Below are positions 1-13,312 of a stretch of DNA of 64,000 nt, piece by piece (within the stretch, counting starts at the first letter, position 1; each line of letters starts with the position of its first letter). This DNA comes from Styela clava. Lineage: Eukaryota. The notes beneath the pieces are model-generated. The model was given only the letters and a program-made list of their open reading frames with translations, was not told the origin of the DNA and ran no database searches. The stretch lies in NCBI RefSeq assembly GCF_964204865.1, contig NC_135256.1, forward strand, positions 6,324,001 to 6,388,000, in the 5' to 3' direction. The position numbers were made by a program, and so were the translations under genes.

Positions 1-2692
1 AGTTTAAGTTCATTGCCAATTCAATCATGACAAAACAAAATCACAGAAAAAAAATGTAATTCAAAAATGAAATATATGTCATTTTTTTTAGATTTTGTCT
101 TAATTTCATTTCTGTTTCAAATTTACCATGTTTTTAGGTTGGTTATATTATTTTTTCGATTGTACTTTCACAGCCATGTACAATTAAAACCCTAAATTAA
201 TTTATTTTCCTCTAAAATGGTGTATTTTCTAATCTGTTGCAATGTTTATAGCCTTCTTCAATATACGGCATCAGATTGAGGTCTTTAGATATAATTTATG
301 CCGCAAATTGAACTTCATTTCCCACTAGGATTAAATTACCACAGTCAAGTCCCAAGGCTGAAATCCATAAATTCCTTTACATTGAGTTTCGCCATTTTCA
401 CAACTACGCACGAAATTGTGTCTGCAGTTGTTGCATAATTTACTTCATTTATCTCTGGGAATTTCCCAGTGCACCAGACATAGTACAGGGTCATGTTCCA
501 AATTCAAAAGTGGATTGTGCGAAATAAATAAGAACAAAAGTTGCGTTTTATTGGCTAATTTTTGTCATGTGATCACAAAATGAGGTTATTTTTTTATTGT
601 ACTTAATTATATTTAATGAAATTTTAATAGAAGTAAATTTGTATGAAAGAAGGATCGATCTTATCTTATATTTGTATTTGATATACAGCAATATTAATTA
701 AAAAAAATACAGTGAAATGGCAAAAATTTAATAGTAATTTTATTTTGGCTTTTCTTTTGTGTAAGTAATGATGTATCAGTTTATACTTGCAAAAGGAAAA
801 TTTAATCTAAAGTGTGACCATTTTATTCTTTTAAACGTCTATACACAAACTTAATTTTAAGATTTATACATCATTCTTATACAAAAGTATTTTTTTTTGA
901 AAATATGAAATTACAAAATACGTAGCATGCGCGAAGCAGTAGGTAGTCCTGCAAAAACTCAATCGATAATAACATCTGTATTTTATTATCTATTCTCTTA
1001 TATTCAATAAAAAAATAGACGCAAATGCACTCTATATCGAAAATTTTTAAGTGTATATCTCCATGTCTTAGTTGAATGGTCAGGTAATATCTTTATAACT
1101 TTCAAAATTTATCCATCATCGGTTGGGTTTTAATATTATAACGTGACCCTCGGAATTATCGCGTATTTTTTCTCATCATTTTACGCTGCACCTATTGATC
1201 TACTGTCATTATTATTAATATTTTTAAACAAATATTAGGTATGATCGGGTATTGAAAAATATTTATGGACAATTCTGATGCTCAAATTAATTAGGCCATC
1301 GCCGCAATGATTTGATTCTATTTTCATATACTTTCTTATGAGGAATTGTCCCAATTTGCAATTCTTAAAATTTTGACTTTATTGTTTTCTAATGTATGTC
1401 GTGGGTAATTATGTTCATCAAAGTTTATAAATAAAAACATCTAATGAGTATGCAGATATTAGACAAGTGACATTTCAAAGCACTGCCAATGCTTGTATTG
1501 ATCTGTATAGTATCAGACAGAAAAACTTTTACTATTATTTCACCATAAGTCAATAGAAATATATCCATTGTCAAGTGAAGAAGTCAAGATATGTTCCTAA
1601 AGATAAAAGTAAACATGGAAAAACTATAATAGAATGTTTCATGCTTTATATAAAATTTATACATCGAAATATACTTAGGACTAAATTCGTAAATAAATTA
1701 ATAAAGTCACATCAGATTTCCAAGAAGTATTAAAACTGCTATATTGTAATCCATCTTTTTTATATGTTTTTCAAAATTAGGTCAAATTGGGATTGTCCAG
1801 ACATTTGAGATTGATGTTGTTCAAAATAGATTTTTTAACAATGGAGATATTTGAAAATACTTTCTTTTGTAAAATATTTTTATTTATCAACTAGTCAAAA
1901 TAAAAATTAGTTAATCAGAATTATAAAAGGTATTAAAATATAGGTTTGGTACCTGATAACAAGCACTTAGTTGGACTTTAAATTCGTGGCTTTTATTGGT
2001 GCATTGCTCGTAGTGAGAAAGAAACATTTTGCATTAATACCAAATCAGCACAATGTGTTTTTTATACATGGTAAAGAACAAAGTATCGTTTTTGATACTG
2101 GAATTTTATATTTTTATTCTTCAACTTTTATTTCACTATCTCAATAATGAAGGGTGTACATTATTAGTCCCTTATTAAATTGGAAAAAAAAATTTCAATG
2201 TGCTTTGTGCATTATGGAGTAGAATTGAAATTATACTTATAGACTCTTACTGAAATAAAATAAACCTGGTTAAGATGTATAGGGATCTGACTTCATAACA
2301 AAATTGAAATTGTAACAAGACTTTGTGAACTCCCTATTATCTGCCATGCTGCAAATTATTTGAATTAGATGAAAAAGTAACATATCCAATATAACAGCAT
2401 TTAAAAATGTTATTGTTTGATTCACAAAGTTGGTTACTGCTATGATATGTGTGAATATTTGTTTGTGGTTTGATTTGCATGATTTGATTTTAACTAAACT
2501 GCATGTAACTTACCGGATCAAATGTTAATCTGGGGTTCTTGTAGTCTCAATAACAAATCAAATCCTGTATAAATCACCTTATTTTTGGAAAATGGGAACA
2601 AAACATAGGAAATATCAGACGACGTATTTCATATGTGTTAAATTATTTCATTGCGTTGTAAATTTTTGATTACTTTTTACTGTTATATGATC

Positions 2693-2916
2693 GGCGCTTC
2701 AAAAGTGTGTGTACCAATATGGAGGAAGCCTAACTAATTTTGTTTGCCTACTTTACATCAAGTTGTGTAAAGGGACTGATACCTATGGGCAGGAGATGTA
2801 TTTACCTGGCTAACACAGGCAGTCCCCCAACTCGTAATAAAACTAAAATAAGGAAAATCGGAATATAATTATGGCCTAACCCTAACCTGGTACACACAAT
2901 ACAGTACAGGAGTACC
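2693..2916 (+). mobile_element. Merlin-like MITE subfamily 2
   Basis: ggcgct..a.aagtgtgtgtacca ... cctaaccctaacctggtacacac...ggagtacc; the same family recurs at least five more times in the window. Confidence 0.8.
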
Positions 2917-3531
2917 TTTCTATGATCTTATCAGTCTGATTATGGCAATTATTGAAGTTGTCGTTCTGTATTGTTGAAGGTTAAGATTATGTTGTTGATA
3001 TGATACATCAAACTGAAAGTATAGATCAATTTTCACCTTTTTGAACTTGGTATACCGCCTTTTCTCGCTCTGAAATTATCGCTCCAACTCAATCCTGAAT
3101 TATTTAGTATTGCTTTTATACCTTGCACTACCTAACAATTGACACATTGAAATTATATTTCTGAAATGTATATTTTTATGGTTAACTTTGAGACAAGGAA
3201 TCATAGTTGACTAATTTCTTAAAAATTTGGCAAAATTGTAAATAGCTATCAGTGGGGTAGTTCCTTGCTTCTGCGCCTTTGTGGAAGTGGATCCATATGC
3301 ATATAATGCAAGGATGCTGTAGCAAGAATAAAAATGACCATTTTGTTTGATTCAAGAATCTTGCTGCACCGGTAGACTTAAATAGAATTGTAAATAGTTT
3401 CTGAAATTTTATTATTCCTCATAAGCATAACTCAAAAAAACAATTATTTTTTGCCGTTTTTATTTTTATTTATCATGTTTAATTATTTGTTTTGTGTATG
3501 TATTTTTATTCTTTTTTTTCGTCTTTTCCAG

Positions 3532-6500
3532 GTCAGGAACCATCTACCTCAAGGCTGTCTGGGGCCATACCTCCACAATACGCAGTGCCTCATCCTCCAC
3601 TCGAGGTAAAACGTCCTGGCCGACCTCGAATACATGTATGTAAATTTAAATATTGGACCATGAGCGTCTAATCATTTTATTTGAAAACATTTGAGATTAG
3701 GAATGTTCTTTTTATTTATCTCAGGAGAAGAATGTCATGGAATAATCATACGATAAAAATTTGAAATTTGTTCAATGTCAATTAAGTTGTTAGATATTGT
3801 ACAGTGTATAAAACATAGGATGAACAAATTATGCCCTTATTAAAATCACCTATTAAAATTTAGGAATCCTCATTTACACCAGCCTTATTAAAAGCAAAAA
3901 TATTGCAATATAATATAAGCTAATGCTTCATGCTCAATATTGAAATAATGTTTGGTTTAATATTTTGTCATAGTAAAAATAAAATTGCATATACCGGTAG
4001 TTCCAATGCATTCCTAAGTAGCATCAAAATGGCAGACTAAAATTCTTTTATGATAGGCTACTGTAGAATTAAAGACTATACTCGTGTAATTTTTACGTTT
4101 CTTTATGCTATTTCTTTAAAATTTTCAAAGAGATGACCTTTACTGTGAGGTAGGCCGAGAGTGAAAATTTGTGTCTGTGCCAATATCTGCTCCGACTTTA
4201 CACAGTAAAATCAATGTTTCGCCATTTATAATGTCTTTACCAATTTTCACAGCCGCCTAAACCTGTAGGAATCAGTAAACCTCGAGGAAGACCAAGGGGG
4301 TCAAAGAATAAAAAACCAAGAAAGGTGTGTTGTTTGTTTAAATGTAACATGAAATTTTTTTTTTTTTAAATTGTGGATTGTTTCATAATAATTCAAAAAA
4401 AAATTCAAAATTGTTTCAAAATAATTCAATCCCAGCTACTTGTTAGAATGATCGCTTGTTCTGAGCCTTCTTCACCAAATTTTTTGATAAAGAGTAGTTT
4501 AAAACAAGTAGTTTTTTATTCAAATAAATCAAATTAAATTTGTTATCAATATTATCTGTTTAATATTGAGATCACGTTAGGACTCATAAACACATCTTTT
4601 AGTGTTAATTCACACTGCCTTATGCCTGGTTTTTCATTCTGTCTGAAATCAAGCTGAGGTGTTTTTATTTGGTGTAAATGTTTGATATTTTGATTCTTGC
4701 GAACTTGGTTAAAGATCACTGAAATAATTTGTTGAATGTTTTTGTGAGAAACTCGCTGGTTAATTAATACCATATTAAATATAATATTTATATACCGGTA
4801 ACAAGAATAATGTATATTAAAAAAGAATTAACTGTTCATTATTTGTTTGCGTAATTTACGATTTTATTTTATTCATTTTTTCTTTTTCAGAGGAGAGATC
4901 CATCTACGGTGAGCACAATCAATATGTTTCGTTCTCTCCCCTTTTCCAGACGTTGTTTATTTCCAAATTAGTTGATATAAATATACAAAAACGTTTACAA
5001 CTAGCAGATGTCAACAATGTTTTATAACAGATTCGAGTCCGATTTAAGATTTGAAATTTGAAATCTGTTTTGATATTTCTGAAATTATCAAGCAATCAAG
5101 CAAAAGTCAAGTAGTGACTTGACAGTATTGCGTATCTATTGTGCGTTCTCATGTTTTATATTTTATATTCTTGTGTGTGTTGGATCTGTCTACTTCAATT
5201 TAGTTTATGCAAATTAGGACCTAGTGTATTACCATCAGCGTTGGTTAGAATGTACATAGAATGGCTCTCCGTAGTAATCCATAGTTGTGAAATAGGTATA
5301 AAATATTGAGATTATTAACTTAGTAAAAGTCTTATGTACGGTAATTATAAACATCAAACACATTAACCAAACATCGGAATTCATTATTTGAGTCTTTTCT
5401 GATAGATGTTCGTGCAAAATATTAATAAACCTGGCTGGTTGTATTGAGTTATAATTATTGACTTTCCCTTATTTTATCTCCTATTATTTTGTTCTAGAAG
5501 TTAGTAGAACGGCCGCCGAAGAGACCGCGAGGTCGTCCAAGGATATGGGTAATTAATCATTATATAAAAATTTCTAATTAATTTTGTCTCAGCTCTCAAT
5601 GCACTTACTGGTTTAATGCTGTATGATTAGGCCGACTTTCCTCTCCTCGAGATACATGTGAATATCCTATCCTGATATTCTAATATTTGTTGCATTCACA
5701 AAAACAAAATTAAAGAAAATCAATTAAAAGTGAAGTCAGAGAAAGCTGCTGCTATTCAGTGAGTCCAAATTCAGCTTTCATTAAACCTTTAATAATTTCT
5801 ATCATATTGTGAAAAGCAAGCTTCAGAGAAGTTCACTTGTGAAAATGATAGTTACAAAAATTCCACCTAGAAAATTTTAAAGCAAGACTAAAAATATGAC
5901 AAAATCATAGAATCAATTAAAAATCCCTCTTATTAGGGATAGAATTGAATTGTCTGGGAGGAATATACCATAGATAGGTCATTGGCCATTTGGGGACCTC
6001 TCCAAGAAAGGAATATTTTTGGTGGATTTCTAGGGTGGAATTTACCCGGTACTTAATTATGCTTGTTTTTGCGGTGTGTTGTAGAATATACAAAATATAA
6101 TATATGTGACTATTTTATTCAGTGATTAGAAATGTTGAAAAAACCTAATTTTTCTCACATTCTGGAATATAATAATTGGGGTGGGTATAGCTTAGTGTGG
6201 CTTGAATAAACCACTTGTAAAAGTAAAAAAATTATCTATTTAGTATAACGCTCTACATTTTCACCTCGTGGATATTTAGATTGCGAAATATAGATTAGTT
6301 TCTCGCATTATGAAACTTTAATGGTCCGACACCAGACAATGTTTTCAAATACAGAATGAACTTGACCCTCAGGTATCTACATAGTTGAAGTTTTAGTAAT
6401 TAAAGTCTCCTGACAAATATCTCCTGTGTCAGGTAATCAATAACAATATATTAAATATTTTTGAAGCCTCCTGAGATGTGGGAAGGTTTTCAAAGGTCAC

Positions 6501-9500
6501 AATACTTGGCAGCAACACAAAAGATGCAACAGATTCAAAGGCAGCAATCACAAGAAGTATGTTAAAATTACTGCTTGAATTTCAGAATGTCCGTATTGGC
6601 ACAATTAGGTCATCAAAAAAAGTTTATTTGCTGTTAAGCCTGATAATTTAGAATTTAATTAATGAAAATGAAGGTATTTTGCGTCAGGATGATAAATTAT
6701 GTCAAAGTTTTATTAAATAAACAGCTTCAATGTGAAAAATCAGTCCTGATAATAATCAAACATTTTGAATACCTAATGACGCATATAATCAGTCATTCGC
6801 GACAATGATTTGGTTTCTGCAAGACAAACTACTCATCCTTCTATGCTTTTGTGCCGGTGGATCCGTATGCATATAATGCAAGAATGCTGTAGCAAGGGTA
6901 AAGATAACAATCCTAAGTGATTCAAGAGTCTTGCTGCACACTAACACAAATATATTTCTGTAACAGTTTGTCTGACCAAGGTCAGACTTTTTCAGACATA
7001 CATAATTCAACTATACCAAGAGAAGCGGTTGCATCCATATTTAAACAATCAATCTAAAACTGATTAGGTTAATCAGTCATTGTTTGCCAATCTTCCATTA
7101 GAAATTTTGCCATTTTGTTTACTTTATAGAGAATGCTAGGCGTGACTCCAGTTTGACTACTTCTGCACCTGATATGCTCATTTCTTGTTATGTTCTCCTC
7201 ATGTAGTTTATTGTTTTGATAGTCAATATAACTATATAATTGAATATGGCATTCTGAACAACCGATATGACAAAATTCATTTCTAATATTTTTTCCATGA
7301 TATTATCTTCAGCAGTATTTGGCCGTGGTTTTTACTCTTCCAATCAATATGTCTTATTACATGGTTGGACTTTCAACGACTGACACTTTTTAACAGTATT
7401 GAATTACAGTGAAATGCCATTTAAACATTTCACAACTGACGCTTTCTAACAGATACTTTTTTTAAGTTGCCATGACGAAAAATGTTACCTTAATTTTGCG
7501 TAATTTTTTTAACACCCTGTATATAGTTGATGATAAATTAAACTTTTTCTCATCTCAGATGCCAGGACCTAGTCATCTTTATTACGAAGAGCAATTACCT
7601 CATCAAATGCCTCCTCAAGAAGAGCCTTCATCATCTGTACCTCCACCATTGTCCCATTTACCATTTCATATGGTATCACAGGTAGTTTTTTTACTCAATG
7701 CTTACTCTCCCTTTTTGCTCTGAACAAGGCTTTGTACAAGAAGCCACAGACATCCAAACCAGTAGTTCTCAAACTTTACAAACGGCGCCCACTTTTCAGA
7801 AATATGTCAAGTCTCTTGAAAATAAATACCTAACACATAGTAAGATGAAAGTATGTTTTATTCAAAGAACGCATTGAAAATACATGGATGGTACTTAAAT
7901 ATCCAAATCAGGGGTTCTCAACCTTTTTTCTGTCAAGTACACCCCCGAGTCACGAAACAATCAAGGCGAACCCCCAGTAATCAGACACCAAACAAAGTTG
8001 TGATATATTGATTGACAATTTGTTGCAACGACAATTTATTGACCAACTGCTGTAACTAAATTAAATATTCGTGTTGATGTTATTGTCTTCCACCTAACTA
8101 ATGAATTCTTGGGATGTCTCTCAAGTTTGGATGCATATCTCTTTCTGCAATGCTCGCATCACATTGTCTTTTGAGATTTCACAGTTTGGCTGAAAAACTG
8201 TGCAATTCACATTTTTGCGTCACAATCACAACAACGCTAGATCAGGAAAAATCTACGCTGAGTTTCAATTGGCATGCATTTTCATCTTGTAGTTACTTAG
8301 TTTTCCTTTGTTAAAGGATATTGAAAAAAACACACACAAAAACTTGACTTCCATCCAAGTACCCCTGAAAATCTTCCTGTGAACCCATGGGGTTCGCAAA
8401 CCCCAGGTTGAGAACCTCTGATCCAAATAAAGAAACTCAAATATCCAAAATAATGCAGGCAAGATCAAATCTGATAAAAATATTTTTAATTAGCTTCAGC
8501 CCCCTCAAAAAATTGTCCACCCATCTTTTGGGTTCCCCACCATTTAAGAATCACTGACCGAAACAATATGTGAAGGGCCACTCGCCCATGGATTTGGGCG
8601 TGAATTGGATTTGAACCTGTGATGTCAAAATCGTTAAGTTTAAAGCAGTGCTCGTCAATCTTTTTTGAAGTGGTACACCCTTTCATCCTTCACCTAAAAT
8701 CTGGTACACCCCACCTATCCTACTTTTTGATCTGCCAAAAACACACTGTTTAGAAGGTACACATGTATATGCCGACACAATATGTTATTATTTGTCTTAT
8801 TCGAACGTTGCTTTTGGATTTCACCATCCAGTTGTACAAAGTGAAGTAATAACCTCAATTCAATTGTCCCTCTCATTAATGTGAATACATCCCAATTCAT
8901 TATTTTTATGAGAATAGAAAGCTAAGCGTTCTGACAGTAATGAAAAGAGCTTACGTGCAAGACTGTAGCACCCAGAAGCTACATTTGAAAATATCATGTC
9001 GTGTATCAACGCATGTAGGGAGAAAGAATTTATTTTTCGTCAAACCAGAAAACATAACGATGATACAATAACAAATAATAAAACAACACATAATGCAGTT
9101 TTTGGTATATGACTGGGTGATACGATCACAAACGGTCACCTTAGTCGGTTACCACCCAATGCAAATACATGAATGAATATATTGAGACGGTTTCTGTTAC
9201 ATTGAACTCCCAGTAGCCTATATACAATATATACGGAAATAATCTGATCAGAAACAGGATGTTAATCAAATTAATCAAATAAATTTTCAAATTTAGGGAA
9301 GTTTGGTGTATAGGAAGGATATTATACCTTACTATATACCCGGGTGACGAGCGCTGGTCCACAACGTGAATTGCTAGCCCTGGTATTGCTTCTGCTTTAT
9401 TACGATTATGTTTGATTATAAAATAATTTTGGTATGAATTTAACTACAGTATGTTGTGTCGTTGTATGGATTATATCATGTTTCAAACATGAAGGGTGAG

Positions 9501-10265
9501 CTTTACAGTCGAAATGAACAATTTTGAAGCATTCCTTTCTGAATAAATAAAACATTAGGTGATTATCTTATCATGCAACAATCCGAACAAGAGTTCAAGT
9601 TCAATACATTGGCTAATTTCCATGTTTATGCAACATTGCTGCGAAATGTTCGTATGTGTAAGGATGCGTGAGTGAGATAGTATTATAAAGATAACTAAAA
9701 AATGATAATAGAATTCTGCCATATAGCGAGGGTATTATTAGGCTTTCATTGATCATAGTCTAACTTCTTCCTACAAAACTAGATAGGACTATAACTTAAT
9801 CAAACGTTTGATTACATGCAAAGAGACTATGTTATTCTTATTTAATACCTAAGTCAAACAAACTCAACAATCAAACTTGTTTTTTGTGTTAAAAGTAAAA
9901 TTCTGTGTATAGTTTAAACTGAGACTTTCAACTCATTTGTTTTTGCTTTATCACAGCAAGAGCCACAAGAACTTTCACATCTCATGCCGCTGTCACAACA
10001 ACCTCAATCAATACAACAACAACCCCCGCACCCGCACCACCTACATCACCCTGTTCACTCTTTACCACCCCCACCTCACCCCATGCAACGACAAGACGAG
10101 CAAATGCTCCTTATTCGACAACCACTGTACCTACAAGAACAGCAAGAGCAACAACATCAAAGGGAACAACAACAACAGGCCGAGATGTTGCGTTCACAAC
10201 AAGAAGAACAACAACGGCGGTACTACCACGAACAGATGCAGCACCCTCCCCACACTACCTCTTAG
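3532..10265 (+). CDS. HMGA: HMGA-family AT-hook chromatin protein (HMGA2-like N-half, long Q/P/H-rich C-terminus); 5' coding exon not located
   Basis: Exons with canonical AG/GT and consistent phase: 3532-3635 (QEPSTS...KRPGRPRIH), 4253-4324 (KPRGRPRGSKNKKPRK), 4891-4908 (RRDPST), 5498-5548 (KLVERPPKRPRGRPRIW), 6467-6556, 7559-7681, 9957-10265 (TAG). Three GRP AT-hooks. Hook 2 and hook 3 contexts resemble vertebrate HMGA2 (PRGRPKGSKNK; KRPRGRPRKW). At least 255 aa. Confidence 0.85.
7909..8420. mobile_element. hAT-type MITE nested within an older hAT MITE (7760-8556)
   Basis: TIRs CAGGGGTTCTCAACC / GGTTGAGAACCTCTG with perfect 8-bp TSD ATCCAAAT. The host element resembles 56374-56582. Confidence 0.9.
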
Positions 10266-10364
10266 TATTATATGAGGCGAAGGCAAAGTGTTATTTATAC
10301 ATTTTTACTAAACCAAATAAATTCAGATTTTAAATATAAGTTTTTAGTTCTTTGAAGTAATATT

Positions 10365-10575
10365 TTGAGGGTTTAAAAAAAGGCAAATTTTGGAAAAAAT
10401 TTATTTAAGAAAATTGAAAATTGCTTTATGAGCTACTTTTCTAATCAAAAGTTGAAGCTATAGTCATCAAAGTATTTCGATAAAAAATTAGACCTTTTAA
10501 AAATCCAAAAAAGTATGTTTTGTCATTTTCAAGACATTTTTTTCAAGTTTCGCTCTTTTGGCTTAAAGCCCTCAA
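10365..10575. mobile_element. Small MITE-like element 100 bp after the HMGA stop
   Basis: Inverted termini TTGAGGGTTTAA / TTAAAGCCCTCAA. Confidence 0.5.
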
Positions 10576-12815
10576 TTCATATTCGGCTGTTACAAATCAA
10601 TTATCACTTAATTTATGTCTAATAAATAAACCCGTTTTGATTTCGATAAAATATGTGATTTCAAGTAATGACGCCTTAGAATCATGATAACCGAAGATTG
10701 AAAAATAAATGCCATTTTAACAATCATAATAATACCTGCAAAAGCTCCAATATTGTTTTATCCAATTTTATTTTTATTTTAGTCGGCTGGTTTTACAAAA
10801 ACTTTATTTCTTCACATCTTTTTAGCATAAATGTGTTATTTTTTTGCGCAAAAAAATTGAACAATCGTTATTGCCTCGATGATTTTATTTTGAAAAATTT
10901 TTTTGTTAAAAAAATCTATTCTCAATTTCCAGTGTTAACTGAATTTTTAATTTCTCTTCAGTTTCGTTTCAAAGGCAGTGTAGTACGGAAAAAAAATTGA
11001 AAAACGTGATATTTTGAACAACAAAACACCTCTTTTAAAAAAGTATTAAATATCTGGTAAATTGCACGTTTGTGCTCCAATAAAATCGCTATAAAAATGT
11101 CGCTACCTCTTTTGTTACTGCCTGGCCCATGCAATATTCTGTATACTATATTTCTCTAATGATACAAAAATACATTTTACCGGAATTGGCTACCTCCATA
11201 TTGTAACACACGACCATTAATTTAATAAAACTGGAATACCATAGCAGGCTAGTGTTGCAATAAGTTAACAAAAAAAGTTAGTATTATATTTATTTATTCT
11301 CAAATTGATTTATTTCTTAAAAGTAGCCTAGTCTTCGCCCATACTATGTCACTCGTATGCCTATATCAGCATATTGCTACTTTTTATTTTTTCACATTAG
11401 GCAATTCATTAGTTTATATTGTAGTACATAGGTTAATATAGTCGTAATATTAAATATGTATATTCTATAAAGAGATATATATATATTTATAACATTATTC
11501 ATTGATTGCTAGTAAGAATGTATAGCTGCAAAGTTTTTTTCGTGCTGAATTATTTTTGCAAAAATCTTTGCAGTTTTTCATTCTGAAGTTAGCTTTTCAG
11601 GTTTTTCCAGTATTTCCTGTATCATTCCCATCTTATACAATGGTATACCAAAGATTTTTTACCACATTTATTTCTAAAGTATTGTCCATTGCTGTTCGAA
11701 GCAAGTTTGCTTGAAGTATTTTGTAGAGCACTAATTAATTATTATGCTCCTCTCATTTTATTTTCCTCGTTTATTTGTCGTCATTTCTTTTTACCTACAA
11801 TACTGTGTGAATCAGTGTCACTATTCATTGCAACTACTAAAGAATTTTGATACTTTATCCTTTTATTGTTTTTGGCTTTAAATTGTGCTTGGCTGACAAG
11901 CACCATTCGTAACCCCATTGTGGTCTTTTTACAAGATATTATTGAGTATTTAAAAAAACAATTTTTGAATTTTTATCATTTTATTGTGGAACAAAACATC
12001 ATGTACATGTGCTCTTCAAATTTGATAGTTGGATGATATTTTATTCAATTTTAACGATCCCTTTGAATTTTCTATTCTACTTTTACTTTGTGCGGTTTTG
12101 AGATTTAGTGAGATGGAGAATATGGAGTTTCTAAGAGTGCTTTTGCAACTTTTCACTGTGAAATATGTTGTCCATGCAATAATTGATTAACCCAATGAAT
12201 GCCCATCAGTATTTTATGGCAACTGCTTTTTTAGATTAGTAATTGAAATTGTCTATGACTATATAACATTGCTATTTCTAAAACTCTAGATATCATCAAC
12301 ATCAATTTTGATGATTTAGTTGCAGTAACCATTTTAGACAATTCTGGATTGTTAAGATAGATAACCTAGGATTGCCTTGTGATGATAAAATTTGACTGTT
12401 ATTTTTCTGAATCTCTTGCAGTTTTTTGAAAGTGTGAAACTAAAATTTGCTTAAAAAGTAGGCAGTTTGTGAGTTTTTGTAAATTTAAAGAAATCTGAAC
12501 TAAAATATCTAAGTTATGTCAACAAAGTGTGATAGCAAAAATACTGTTTCTGGTAGTTTCAGTGACTCGTTCAAATACCATGTTCCTTTTTTAATCAAAT
12601 AATGTTCCCCTATTAATGAAATAGAATTAATTGCCTGGTATTGCAGCATCCTATTGCTGGGCCATTTCAGCCTTCTCATCAGTGTTTTATTTTTTTTTCT
12701 TGTTCCATATTCTGACCTCAAGATGCCTTGCAGTTTAGGTATTGATTAATGAAATTATTATATTGTAACCATTCCGTAACTGCAAAGTATAGTGTTCCGC
12801 TTATGACTCTAGTCT

Positions 12816-13312
12816 AGTGGTTTTCAACCAGGGGTACAGCGGCGGCACCCAAGAGTTCCACCAGTCCAGGGTTACATTCAAATCCGGGCGTCAATATAAT
12901 ATAATATATATATATATATAGGGTGTCCATAATGTCTTAACATTTTTTTAAATTGCAAAAGGAATTTGTCGATATCATATATTGTTTTGGCCCTCACATG
13001 AATGAAGTAAAAATACTTAACAATTTCTGATAAAAAAAAATGGTTGAGTTATATTGAGAACTGACTTAATAACAAAATTGAAATTGTAAAGGGACTTTAT
13101 GGACATTGTGTATATTGTTTAAATATAATCACATATTTATTAGCTTTGCCACTATTATAACTTGCTGACTCTAGTTCTGACAATATTGGGGTTTCTTTTA
13201 TATTTATTTATAGTTAATATAAATAATAATAATTTATAGTTAAACAAATGAGACAATAAAACTATTGGACATCACTGGAGTTCCGCTGCACTAGAAAGGT
13301 TGGAAACCACTG
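12816..13312. mobile_element. hAT-type MITE containing a nested Tc1/mariner-like MITE (~12918-13112)
   Basis: TIRs TAGTGGTTTTCAACC / GGTTGGAAACCACTG; TSD CTCTAGTC/CTCCAGTC. The inner element (agggtgtccataa...ttatggaca) sits in a TA run and recurs at about 39318-39524 and 2270-2336. Confidence 0.8.

Noticed and set aside
9937-10275. Overlapping 112-aa Asn-rich ORF
   Set aside because: Alternate frame of the CAA-rich HMGA last exon.
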